From Octopus bimaculoides (lineage: Eukaryota), in contig NC_068981.1 in the NCBI RefSeq assembly GCF_001194135.2, positions 41,648,327 to 41,689,563 on the forward strand: DNA of 41,237 bases, read 5' to 3'. The notes under the pieces were generated by a model, which saw only the letters and a list, made by a program, of their open reading frames with translations, had not been told where the DNA came from and made no database searches. The number at the start of each line of letters is the position of its first letter. Positions within the stretch are counted from its first letter, which is position 1. The position numbers and the translations under genes were made by a program. Of this stretch, positions 1-11,408 are shown in pieces.

Positions 1-237
1 TAAAAGACACCATTTCGAGCGTGGCCGTTTTTGTGCGGGTGACACGTAAAAGCACCCACTACACTCTCTGAGTGGTTGGCGTTAGGAAGGGTATCCAGCT
101 GTAGAAACTCTGCCAAATTAGATTGGAGCCTGGTGTGACCATCCAGTTTCACCAGTCCTCAGTCAAATCGTCCAACCTATGCTAGCATGGAAGGCGGACG
201 TTAAACGATGATGATGATGATGATTATTATTATCATT
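1..237 (+). mobile_element. RTE-clade LINE 3' UTR and (GAT)n tail, cut by window edge
   Basis: gagtggttggcgttaggaagggtatccagctgtagaaa...catgg...ttaaacgatgatgatg. The same terminal block recurs at about 13090, 14570, 26050 and 38225. Confidence 0.75.
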
Positions 238-459
238 AAGGTAGTGACTGGAAGAATCATTAACACACCAGGCAAAATGCTTAGCAGCATTTCATCTGTC
301 CTTACATTCTGAGTTTAAATTCCAACTTTGCTTTTCATCCTTTTGGGATCAATGAAATAAGTACCAATTACACACTGGGGTCAATGTAATCAACTAGCCC
401 CCACCCCAAAAATTTCAGGCCTTATGCCTATAGTAGAATGGATTATTATCATTATTATT
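238..459 (+). mobile_element. tRNA-derived SINE (family 1)
   Basis: Body ...aaatgcttagcagcatttc...ttctgagtttaaattc...ttttcatccttttgggatcaat...aagtacca...ctggggtcaatgtaatcaact..., with an (ATT)n tail. Homologous copies at 9297-9503 (-) and 39552-39905 (+). Confidence 0.7.
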
Positions 460-1134
460 TACAAATTAATATGTTATTTTGCTTTACAAATTTACATATT
501 GTTAGAGTGTATCCTATTACAACTTTATACCCTTCCTTGCAATAACTGATTTTTTTGTGAAGTGTAACACTAGAGTCAACAAGATGGGCTGAGGAAAGCA
601 ATAACAGATATGAACTTATGACTATGTTGTCAATCAAATCAACATCATCTAATTATAAATAGTGACTAGAATAATTCGAGTGACTTGAAATGATGCAAAT
701 ATTTGCTTGAAATGTTTTAATAATGAAAGGTGTGTTATTAAAGCCTCTCTAAATTTAAAATATCATAATAGTTGGAAAATAAGGAAAATTACAGGGAATG
801 AATACTATCTTATTATAAACCAGCTGTAAGAAAATGGGTTCACAATGCAATTAGATGAAATGGACCACACTGAGTAAGAACTGGAAACTTTAGATCAGAA
901 AAGTAAACTCAATCCAAACAGCTAAACGAGACTTTGTACATTGGATCAACATGGCATGTCTATTTTCCGAGAGGAAAGGCTTTACATGGCATGTCTAATG
1001 GTTTTATATTAATAAAACCATTAAAAACAGACAACACAGATGTGTAGATGTGTAGATGTGTAGTACACAGATGGCCAAAACAGTAAAGCTATATCTTCAA
1101 TATTTAGAACAAGAAATCTTAAATTAGCTACTTG

Positions 1135-1870
1135 CAAAAGTGCTTCACCTGCAGAAAAGGAGCCAGTAGAAACTTTATAAAGTCTGCTCAGTGTAATAAA
1201 TGGATAGACAAAAGGTATAGTGGCATTAAATGTAGGTTAACGGAAAGGGTATACTTCAGATCCACCAGACACACAAGAGCAGCAGGCACTTGGGATATAG
1301 ATTCTCTTGAATGCCCTGAAATGGTTGATAACTTTTTCTACTAAGGTGACCAAATTAGTAATGAGGGTAGATGTTCCAAAAGTGTGGTAGCTAAAATAAG
1401 AACATGTTGGAGAAAGCTCAGAGAATTATTACCTTTGCTGGGAACAATAGGATTATCCCTCAAGATCAAAGGCAGACTATATGATGCTCCTATATGAAGT
1501 GTGCTGCTGTGTGGTGGTAGCAAGGCATAGGTCTTGAGGGTGAAAGATATGCAAAGGCTTGAAAAAGATGAGGCAAACATGCTTCACTGGTTGCACCATG
1601 TTCAATATGCATGAATGATAAAGTGAACTTAAGACAAACTGAGTATAAGAGAAATCAGTTGTAGTGTGCAACAGAAGGGACTGAATTGGTATAGATATGT
1701 GCTGCAAATGAAGGATGGCAGCTGCATAAGCAAATGCTGGGCACTCAAAGTAATTTTGGGGAGGGAGAGACCAAAGAAGACTTGGGATGATATGTTAAAT
1801 CTGACAAAGGAGATGACTGAAGACCATGTAGACTGGTGATATGCAATGCTGTGGAAGACTTGCTATTCCC
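1135..1870 (+). mobile_element. Degraded RTE-clade LINE ORF2 C-terminal fragment
   Basis: Interrupted frames ...KSAQCNKWIDKRYSGIKCRL...VDNFFY*GDQI...KIRTCWRKLRELLPLL...LKIKGRLYDA... align with the better-preserved copy at 33142-33432. Confidence 0.75.
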
Positions 1871-2124
1871 ATGCACCTCCTTTGTTGTGTCGATTCTGTA
1901 TCACAACCCCACACGTGATTTCATACTTAGATCAGAAAAGAGAAGTCATTTAGCATACTGTCGAATTTGATAGTTCTGATGCTCTATTATGAGAAAAAAT
2001 AGGTTATAAATTAAAAGTTATACAAAAGAGTATAGAGTCACAACTTGTGCTATGTTGATGATGTCATCAGACTTATTTATCTGTCACTGAATTTGTAAAC
2101 AGATTGATAGAAAAATTTACGCAC

Positions 2125-2234
2125 CTTCCATTTTAACTTACTGCACCCATACACTGTAAAAAACTCAGCGAGTGACAATGAACCAGTTGATAATACATTC
2201 ATACTTTTAAATGTTAGGTAGATATCTTTCTGGC
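2125..2234 (-). CDS. TPCN1: TPC1 exon (EF-hand-like linker); last exon identified in the window
   Basis: (S)QKDIYLTFKSMNVLSTGSLSLAEFFTVYGCSKLKWK, compared with human [37 protein letters not shown]. tttttttctag|GC ... AAG|gtgcgt. 110 nt, phase 1/0. Confidence 0.93.
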
Positions 2235-2412
2235 CTAGAAAAAAATTGGAGTACATTATAACATACATATTTTTTTTCATTTCAATATAAATTTACAAGC
2301 ATATGTAGTCTAAATATATTAAGCAAATTTGACATGAGAATATAAATAAGTTGTATATAACTTCTGCTAAGAAGTTATATACCCTCTTTATAAGTTATAT
2401 ACAAATACATAC

Positions 2413-2476
2413 TCATTTTAGGTCTTAAATACTGCATCATTCCTTGAAAATGTTTCAGCTGAATTGTAGTTGGATG
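2413..2476 (-). CDS. TPCN1: TPC1 exon (interdomain linker)
   Basis: HPTTIQLKHFQGMMQYLRPKM(S), compared with human [22 protein letters not shown]. tttctttctcag|CAT ... A|gtatgt. 64 nt, phase 0/1. Confidence 0.9.
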
Positions 2477-3593
2477 CTGAGAAAGAAATGAAAATTCCTT
2501 TATTTTACTGATACAAATGTATAACAATGAGATGTATATATTTAATCTACTTTTGGGGTGTATTATTTCAGTCTTTCCTTTAAAGTACAATTTCTAATGC
2601 TAATTTTTATATAGGCATTTTTATTATCCAATACACTCAAGATATTTTACTCATTACACTAAAGGTGCTTTATCCAATACTCTCAAGGAACATTATCCAA
2701 AAAAGCCTTAACAGGGATCTTTCTTCATGACTTAGTCAGATGAGGAAGAGTAGTCTGATGACTTTTGCAAGACCTCAGAGACTGATGGCAGAAAGAGAGG
2801 AAGAAACCACAACCTTTAGGTTGCTGTAATAGGAAACAGCATACCAGGATACTGAGTTATTGTCAGATTTGACTGAAAATTTTCATTAAAGTGAACTCAA
2901 ATAAAGGCACCCAAGAGTCTCATACAGCAGTGTTGAAGCTGACAACAGATTAAGTCTGCCACTTAACATTTTCCAAAGGGGTCATTCAGTGGGATTGAAT
3001 CCACAATCACTTAAATTACAAAGCAAACTTCTTTAACACATAGCTATGCTTTCTGTTAGAACTATACTATCTCATGTATTTTACTTAAAAATGGATAAGT
3101 GTTCTGTGAATGTGAAGTTTTTCATTCAAAGAAACAATTATTGTGAGTTATGATAAGATAGTGTTGTTATAAATAGGCATTACTTGCTTTTCTGGCTCCT
3201 GGCTTTCAGTTGAAACTATACTGAGATTAACAAAAGTTAACTCAGTAAGTACAACCAATATACTGAGATTAATTCTGTCAACTATATCTACTCATATAAA
3301 ATTTAAATAGGTGGTAATAATAAACTCTGCTTGCTTACTAACCCTAATTACTGTATTACTATATAGTATATATACACTGTTTTAGCTATGCTAATACTCT
3401 AATTAGTCAATTCTACATCATGGTTCTGGTTCTTGCTGGACCCAAGCTAATATGCAGTCAATGTACTACATGAAGGCATTGTATTTCATGGTGACCCATG
3501 GACCTTTCAAGGCAATATTATAGCTTATCGTATTCTGTATTATTTATGTTTGCCGGAGATGGAATTGGTGAGAAGTGAAATTCTATTACCTAC

Positions 3594-3710
3594 CTGCCTA
3601 CTGACAAGCAACTGGAAGGCATAACGACAGCCAAGTCTTTTGTGAAAGAATAACTTTCTCAGTTTTTCTTTCTCTAATGAAGAAAATGTATCATACACGA
3701 CAGCAAGAAG
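3594..3710 (-). CDS. TPCN1: TPC1 exon (S6 C-terminus/gate and cytosolic extension)
   Basis: LLAVVYDTFSSLEKEKLRKLFFHKRLGCRYAFQLLVSRQ, compared with human [39 protein letters not shown]. tgtttaaag|CTT ... CAG|gtaggt. 117 nt, phase 0/0. Confidence 0.95.
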
Positions 3711-3779
3711 CTTTAAACAAAGAGAAAAAACAGCCATCAATGACATATAAACAAGAAAAGCATTCTATAAAATATTGTT

Positions 3780-5440
3780 ACATTTGGGGACGATCATTTG
3801 GCCAATAAACACATGCACTGTTTATCTGATCTTCACTTTAGCTTTATTATTATTGGTTTATTTGTCAGAGTTCTTTCATTACACATTCTGTGACTTCTTC
3901 AATGACTATTTACTCTTTGTGACTCCTCTTCTCTCTGGTCTTGTCCTGTCTATTCCATCTTGTCTTTTTACAGTATGTATCCCTATCCACACATCCATTT
4001 GTGTCCATATCTGTGTGTGTCTGTATACATATGAGTTTGTATATTACACTGCTTGTACCCATGTTTTCAGTAGTCAGGTTGTGAGATGGGGGATGTTATA
4101 ACTCCATTCATATATTCTGTTGAGTTTCAGTCTATTTTATATTGTGTGTGGCCTCTATAATCTGTCTGAGTGTTGTGTCTTTTCAATGTGTCAATAAGAT
4201 CATAACATCTATGTTATCTATTGAATCCCTATGTTCTAGTTTGGCACATTTGTATAGAACAGACAAGCTTTTCTTCTCCTTGAGTTCCCACCAGTGTTCA
4301 CTTATGCCCTCTCTTAATACTATGGACCGTCTCTTCAATAGACATCATCATCCTGTTTCTGCACCATCCTCTGTCACTTTATACTGCATTCTTAGTTTTG
4401 CAGTTTATCTGTGGATTTACTCTATACACTTCCTATCAGTGCAGGGAGTTTTTTTAAATGGATATGTTTTACAGATCAGGGATTTTATGGGAGTTCTTGG
4501 CCTTTCAACTACTTTAATCTGTAAATTCAGTTTACCTAAAAGTTTTCTAAAATGATATGCTAGTTCACCTCCAAGGATAGCATGACACTGGTATTTTTGG
4601 CTAGGCCTTACCTATCTTCCTCTTAGTTCTTTCTATGTTATTACATGATTTATTCCTGTATAGCAGGCAAATCTCATCAGTACCATTTTCTATGATGGTC
4701 TTGAATTTTGTCATGTTTCCTTCATACACCCTGATCCTGTCTCTTTGGTTGTACGCAGAGAACTGAACACAGTAGATGAAGAGCTGTATGTGTCTCTCCA
4801 ATTTCATCAGGTCACACATGCAGCATACATTTCTCATCACCCTAGTAAGTTTGCTGTTAGGATATTGAACTTAATATCATCCACAATTGCTGTATTCCCA
4901 TGGATCAGGTATTTGAAAGCCATAGGTTTAGCATAGTGCAAATGGAGAATTTGGAGCTTGTTATTTCTAATTTCCAAAGAGAATTCAGTTTCTGAAACAG
5001 GTAGCCTGTAGTTGGAGTGCTTACTAGGGTAATCTGTTGTAACCTTAATATTCTGGTGGATGAAGTTAGCTATTTGCTGGATGCCCTCCATGGTGCTACC
5101 TTCTAGTTCAGGTCCACAGATATTGTCTTTGAGAGATGCTTTTGCTACTATGTTGATATCATCAACATAGCAAAAGTACATAGAGCTATAGAGCTTTCTG
5201 CTAAGCATTCTTTGAATCTCCTATCCCACTATATCACAAAGAGGTTGGCCACATCCTTTTCTATGTTACATTCCTACAACTGTTTCTGTTTCTCTGAACT
5301 AGCACTCTACATATCACATCTAAGTTCACTCTATGCATCCACCACTACTTTTCTCATATCATTCCTTCTATGTCAGTCCTTGCAACTTTGCAGAGGCTTA
5401 ACTAAATATTTTCTCAATCATTCCTCCTCAAAACTACACA
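3780..5440 (-). mobile_element. Degraded Penelope-like element (RT C-terminus, GIY-YIG-type endonuclease region, 3' region)
   Basis: ORF 4837-5208: YVDD...FIHQNIKVTTDYPSKHSNYRLP...HYAKPM...IH...KFNIL. It continues into MMRN... (4601-4840), then KVVERPRTPIKSL...PF...C...C and SEH...H...D.TLRQIIEA..I in broken frames at 4140-4540. This is the usual PLE layout. Stops and frameshifts present. Confidence 0.72.
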
Positions 5441-5990
5441 CCTCTGAAATCTTTTTCTTGCACATATATGTCAATAGGAATCAACCAACTGAAGTTCAAA
5501 TTAAATATTAACAGCTCTGATTTCACCAATTCAAGATCTTCGAATGTTATGGGCAATGCCTCTCCTGTACTGAATAATCAATAAATTTAAAAATTGAAAT
5601 GATTTAAATTAAACATGAAATTGCACCATAGTCCATTTATTTTTTCTTTCCTTTTATAACATAGTTAGATACTAATGAGGGAGTTATTCAATCATTTATA
5701 ATCCACCCAACAAAAATAAGCTTCATAACAAGTAAAAAGAAATCACTATTTGCAAAAAGTATTCAGTTATGAATTTCATTTCTTCTTTATGCATGTAAAT
5801 TTACACACTGCAATTACATTTATCAAGACACAAAGTTAATGTAAAACTGACCTGCTTTGGCAGACCTAATCACCTGTCACCATTTCATTTCATGAAAATG
5901 ATCATCATCACCAACATGAACTAAGACAGTAGCTGCTAATCCTCAAACTGAATTCATATATTAGAGTAATTTCTTTGTACTCAACGTTAA

Positions 5991-6212
5991 CCCATTAGTG
6001 TCCAAATTTTTTTTTATTTAATTTATTACCAAAAATCTTTTTTTATACAACTTTATCTGATACTGAATATATAAAAAACATCTTATTACAATATTTGAAA
6101 GACACTCTAGTTTTGATGACTAACTAAAAATATCTCAGAAAAATACAGGTGTTGCAGAAATATGATGGATTATCCTTCTGGTCCTAAAAAAAAGACCATG
6201 GGCACTAATGAG
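5991..6212. mobile_element. piggyBac-type MITE
   Basis: TTAA|CCCATTAGTGTCCA ... TGGGCACTAATGAG|TTAA. 14-bp TIR with 2 mismatches, TTAA on both sides, AT-rich non-coding interior. Confidence 0.7.
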
Positions 6213-6420
6213 TTAAGTCATATATTCTGAATGTCACTCTTATCAGTTGTCAGAGTAAATCATTTCACCATTCCTGTTTTTGGTGTCACTAATTTATATC
6301 ATGTTTATCTAAATTTCAGCCATTTGTTATCCTATTTGTGACAATGTTACTAAAAATTATAGTTAAATTTTTTTCTTTTTCTTTATCTTCTAATAGCAAT
6401 ACATATTAAAATACACTTAC

Positions 6421-6520
6421 CAAGTTCATGAGGAAAAATAATTCAAGACTGAGGTAGATTATAAAGAATGCAACATAAAAACGTGATTCATTATAAGCAG
6501 GCATCATAACATCAGGATAG
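6421..6520 (-). CDS. TPCN1: TPC1 exon (filter second half, pore helix 2, S6); not in the ORF track
   Basis: (N)YPDVMMPAYNESRFYVAFFIIYLSLELFFLMNL, compared with human [34 protein letters not shown]. ctcacaactag|C ... TTG|gtaagt. 100 nt, phase 2/0. Confidence 0.95.
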
Positions 6521-6600
6521 CTAGTTGTGAGAACAAGACAGACAAAAAACATCATTGACAGTTATATATTACGGCTGTTAAAAATAGCATTTGATTATTA

Positions 6601-6787
6601 TCAGGTTGGTGCATAATTATTGCAGCTTTTTTCAATAAATTTTATTCAACAAAAACAATAACAACATTTAACAAAAACATATTTAAATGATTATTCCAGA
6701 GCATATTCACCATCTACTTCAATTACTGCTTCCCATTTGCTTGGCAGCTGGTTGGAATAAAGCCGCAATAATTATGCACCAACCTAA
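6601..6787 (-). mobile_element. Mariner-derived MITE (MADE1/Hsmar1-like TIR)
   Basis: TA|TCAGGTTGGTGCATAATTATTGCAGCTTT ... AAAGCCGCAATAATTATGCACCAACCTAA|TA (27/29 TIR match). The interior minus strand encodes LPSKWEAVIEVDGEYALE*, a mariner transposase C-terminus. Confidence 0.88.
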
Positions 6788-6869
6788 TAAATAAAACAGT
6801 CAACAACATTTTATATTTACTTATTATAGTTGTGATAAAAATCATATTCAAACATTACCAGATACAATA

Positions 6870-7070
6870 CACAGGATCTGTTTATATCCCATGTGGCTAT
6901 AGGTTTGCATCTGGAAAATTCCTCTCCAAGGTACAGATCAGGCCATGGGTGCACTAACAGTTGCCCATGCAACCCCACCCGCTTCTGCATGCTACCAATG
7001 TTGTCCACAGTAAAAGTATGGCTGATACAAATTTGGCACTAATGTCATTGTAGGAGTTGCTGTCAGAACA
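6870..7070 (-). mobile_element. SINE fragment (family 3, degraded)
   Basis: Reverse complement (gtgccaaatttgtatcagcc...ggacaacattgg...gcatgggcaactg...) aligns with 21330-21490. Confidence 0.55.
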
Positions 7071-8192
7071 CAAACAGCCAAAACAGATTTGACAAGATAT
7101 CAAAATATCCCGTTTGATGTTGCTGTTCAAACAATTCTACTAATCTGCCACTCTGAACTAGAACTTTATTAACATCAAAAGTACAAAAGGAAAGGTTGAC
7201 CTCAGCAAGATTTGAACTCAGACTGTAGAGAGTCAAAACAAATACTCCAAGATATTTTATTTTCTCTGTAGCTGCAACAACTCTACTACTTCACCATTAC
7301 ATATGTGAGGATAAACTTGTTAACAGACACATAATTTCTGTAAAAACTCACCCAATCTATTGCAAAAATATATGTCATACAACATAACTTTAGCTACAAC
7401 AAGCTAAAGAATATAATATGTAGCAATACAAGACTTTATTCGAAATAGCTAAGTTCACCTAAGTGCTGTGTATGGCTAGAATATATCTGGCTAAGTATTT
7501 AATCTAACATTTCAGAAACTAACTTCAATTTCTGTTCCAGTTATTTAAAGTATGTGAAATGAATCAATATACGTAGACATACACACACACACAATAGATA
7601 TTGCATTACTTTTTACTTTGAGTGTTCCAGTCATTTAAGCATGAATGACATATTCATTGTGTTATTTAAGCATCTATAATACAATAAGAAATATTCTTTA
7701 AATTACAGGTACAATACTTTCCCCACTACTTTCATACAGTCCAACTGACAGGATTCCACACAGTTTCTGTCTACCTAATTCCACATAGAAAGCTTGAGTC
7801 AACTGAAAGCTTAAACAAAAAGCTTTTGTCTCAGAATCCATGCAGTAGGACCAAACGCTATAAACAAGACAAACACTTTTAATTTAATAGATTTTTATGT
7901 GATACCTGTTAAACAGAAATTATTTCTATTTAATGAAAATTTCACAAAATCTAATCATAAGTAAGTGAAATTATGCTAAATACAACTAACTTGAAAACCT
8001 TTTACCCCAGTCAGCAATTCTGAAAATTTTGGGGTGTGAATTTTACATGAGTAGAAGCTTCTTTTTTTAAATTGTATCCTAGAAATCACCTGTGTAAATT
8101 ACACAAGTGCACAAATTACATGGGTTTCTATGCATAGATGTACAAATGCATACATATATATTCTTAGTTAGATGCACTTATGTATTCATACA

Positions 8193-8355
8193 TAGGTGCA
8201 GGCATGGTTAAGTGATTAAAAAGCTCACTTTGCTACCACATAGATTCTGGCTCAGTCCTACTGTACAGTACTTTAGGTAAGTGTCTTCTACTAAAGCTCT
8301 GAGTCAACCAATTCTTTGTCAGTAAATTTAGTAGATGGAAGATATGTGGAAGCCC

Positions 8356-8436
<81 letters not shown>

Positions 8437-8648
8437 GTGTGTGTGTGTCACCCCAACCCAACCACTTGGCAACTGATGTTCTTTTGTTGACATCCCTTAA
8501 ATTAGTACTTCAGAAAAAGAAACTGATGGAACAAGTACCAGATTTTTTTAAAATAGAGTACTAGGGTTAATTTGTTCAACTAAATGCATTCAAAGCAATA
8601 CCACAACATGGCAGTCCAATGACTGAAATAAGTAAAAGAAAAAAAGGA
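8193..8648 (+). mobile_element. tRNA-derived SINE (family 2) with internal (TG)n
   Basis: Head taggtgcaggcatgg...gtgtcttctacta...gtagatggaa...gaagccc, then a microsatellite, then tail ...gactgaaataagtaaaag. Opposite-strand homologue at 18465-18833. Confidence 0.7.
8358..8448. repeat. (TG)n microsatellite, about 45 units
   Basis: Directly visible; one GC interruption. Confidence 0.98.
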
Positions 8649-9164
8649 TACATATACATGCATAGGCATATAATCATACAAATAAATGTGCAAAAGGCTA
8701 CAAGTGGAGCAGAGCAGTCTCGCTAATTAGTGATGCTAAATATTCTGAAAAATCCAACAAGATGCATATGTACATACGCCATAACATAAGCATGAAGTTT
8801 TACAATAATGATGGAAAGGAAACAATAAGTTACATTATTGTAGCATTTTTGTCAGAAATTCTTTATTTCTAGATTGTAGCTTCAAAACATTTTAAGGCTA
8901 AAAATTTTGTGTGAAAAATCCAGTAACACAATATAAAAGAACATACATTTTGAAATGTTCCTGTTGATCTATTCCAATCAACTTTTACTTTTTTCTCTTT
9001 TTCAATATGCATCAAGCAAGAAATTCTAAGTTATAGCAGCATTTTATCATACTTCGAAAAGGAAAATGGTACTTAGAAACCAAACCTCATATAAAATTTC
9101 TGACAGAAAACAACAAAATAAAGAAATACTAAACATATTAATTTTAAAAAAATATTATACTTAC

Positions 9165-9223
9165 TTAGCAGTTGTTAGTAGAACAAAAAGACTAACAAAA
9201 GAGTCCTGGATAGTACTGAAATA
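9165..9223 (-). CDS. TPCN1: TPC1 exon (pore helix and first half of domain I filter); not in the ORF track
   Basis: YFSTIQDSFVSLFVLLTTA(N), compared with human YFSTLENSIVSLFVLLTTAN. gtttctttag|TAT ... AA|gtaagt. 59 nt, phase 0/2. Confidence 0.95.
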
Positions 9224-9296
9224 CTAAAGAAACAATCAAAATAAGAAAAATCAAAATGATAATAAAGACAACAATTGCAATAACAACAGCTATATT

Positions 9297-9503
9297 AAAT
9301 CTTTCTACTTTCGGCACAAGGCCTAAAATTGTAGGGGAAGGGGCTAGTTAATTACATTGGCCCCCAGTACTTGACTGGTGCTTTATTTTATTGATTCCAA
9401 AAGGATGAAAAGCTAAGTTGACCTCAGAACATAATGAGTCAGAAGAAAAACTGCTGAGCATTTTATCCAACATGCTAATGATTCTGCCAACTTAATGCCT
9501 TAA
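9297..9503 (-). mobile_element. tRNA-derived SINE (family 1)
   Basis: Reverse complement matches 238-459 (ttggcagaatcattagc...aaaatgctcagcag...ttttcatccttttggaatcaat...ctggggg...aatgtaat). Confidence 0.7.
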
Positions 9504-9552
9504 TAGTACTAATAATAATCCTGTCTTCTATAAGTAGAGGCCCGAAATTTAG

Positions 9553-10163
9553 TGTTTTCTTCAGCATTGGTTTGTCCACCTGTCCGTCTGTGTGCAAAAT
9601 AACTCAAAAAGTTGTGAACGGTATTTGATGAAACTTGCAGGAAAAGTTGGTAATGACACAAGGAACAGATGATGAAATTTTGGTAGTGATCCGGGAATTT
9701 TTATGGATTCTTAAAGGATTTTTCATTTGTTATATTTACTTTACATGTAGTATTACAATGTTACGTTCTTTGATTATCTCCCTTGAAAACACGTTCATTG
9801 TTTCAACATAACCTATGGTGGCGTTGCTGTTTCCAAAGTTTATTTTCGTTTCTCTATTAGTAATTTTACTCGCGTTGTGTGTGTATCACTCAAGTTTTAG
9901 GTAATTGTTGTTTCTTTTTAGTTGTATGGTGAAACTAGCTTGCTATTGTCATTGATGTATTATAACTGCTTCAGATGATTCCTGTTTTTAAAGGTTTTTT
10001 AAAAAAAAATCATATAGCTGTGCTATTTTTTTTTAACCCCACCAAGGAGGTTATGTTTTTGCCGGCGTTGGTTTGAGAAATTCGGCTATTTTCAACATGC
10101 GTGTATATGGGTGGAAATGAGCTGCTTGGCAGAGGTCTGAGCTCTCCGAGTGCTTTTCTAGTT
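9553..10163 (+). mobile_element. Helentron-type non-autonomous rolling-circle element (HINE-like)
   Basis: T-run then CCACCAAG-GAGGTTATGTTTT (10039). 3' CTTGGCAG (10125), then short hairpin GAGCTC-TCC-GAGTGC and a ttttctagtt end. Interior aactcaaaaagttgtgaacgg...tttgatgaaa...aaggaacagatgat...ttttggtagtgatccgg resembles HINE families as I recall them. Confidence 0.55.
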
Positions 10164-10477
10164 TTTTCATACATTAAAATGTCAATGTGTTTTATACACA
10201 GTAAAGTCACTGTATATTATACACAAAAGTTATTTTTTCCTAAGATTTCATTGCCTATTATTAGGGATGTACATTATACATAAGTATGGTATATGAAAAT
10301 CAAAGTATTATCAGATGTTTAATTGATCTATGTCTTTCAATTACCTTTTTTTCCTGTTCTTACCAAATGACATATAATTAAAATATCTCTAACTAGTTTG
10401 TACTAATGAAACGTAATGATGTTGAAACTATTCAATCTACAGATAAGTATTGTATTTAAAATCAAATTGAATTAAAT

Positions 10478-10651
10478 ATAGGCACAAGCTTGGCTGTGTG
10501 ATTAAGAAGTTCTCTTCTCAACTATGTTGCTTCAGGTTCAGTTTCACTACATGGCACCTTAGTCTTCCACTATAGCCCTGGACCAACTAAAGCTTTGTGA
10601 GTAGATTTGGTAGACAGAAACTGAAAGAAGCCCATCGTGTGTATGTATGTG

Positions 10652-10689
<38 letters not shown>

Positions 10690-10920
10690 TATCTTGACAT
10701 GACAAGATATTTGTAAATAAATGTCACTGACATACTAGCAAAGTCCATTGTTTCCAGTCTTCCATGAAAACATTTTTGACTATAGGTAAATATTACTTTG
10801 CTTAGAAAGAGGTGAGGGTTGGCAACAAGAAGGGTATCTGGTTGTAGAAAATTTGCCTCAACAAATTCCATCTGACTCATGCAAATATGGAAAAGTTGAT
10901 GCTAAAACAATGATGATGAT
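10478..10920 (+). mobile_element. SINE with family-2 tRNA head, (CT)n linker and RTE-type 3' tail
   Basis: Head aligns with 8193 and 18833(-). The 3' end ttggcaacaagaagggtatctggttgtagaaa...catgcaaatatggaaaag...aatgatgatgat aligns with the RTE terminus at 74-225. Confidence 0.68.
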
Positions 10921-11408
10921 TAAATTAAAAATAAAGTGATTTTCCTTAATTAACAAAAGGAATTAAATTTCCAGTAAGACTTCTCTCCTAAGTAAAGAAA
11001 CTGAAACTAACAATATAAAAGAAATCCTAAACAAACATCTGTGAAATTTTTCACTTAATGCACAATGGTAGGATAAATTCCAGGACATGCAAGCATAGAA
11101 CTCATGATACCTTATTTCACACACTCATAATGGCTACAAGGATAATTATCTCTATGATTGAAAAATGGCTTGCTTCTATCACCAACTTTAGATGAATTAG
11201 AATCATTAGTAATTATATTTTCCAAAAAACTCAAAAACATACTCAAAAATAAAAAAAAACAACACTAAAGAATATGAAAAAACATAAAACCATCAATAAC
11301 AGCAAATTTTTATTTGAAATTGAATTAATAAAATATTTATAAAAAGAAGTAAAACTCAGAACGGAAGATATTTTAACAAGTTATAATAAAAAAAATTTAT
11401 ATACTTAC

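Noticed and set aside
455-637. Minus-strand ORF as the next TPC1 exon
   Set aside because: Hydrophobic stretch VISSYLLLLS but no match to the expected next segment (HWFDELP...FKGINILV...FQY) and no convincing splice pair. The next exon is probably left of the window.
996-1023. Short AT-rich hairpins (996-1023, about 3200-3230, 19375-19408)
   Set aside because: 12-15 bp stems in very AT-rich, repeat-derived DNA are expected by chance or as TE remnants.
8233-8564. ORFs with CVCV/THTH runs (also YIYI at 21317-21718 and SLSL at the end of 18967-19290)
   Set aside because: Translations of microsatellites.
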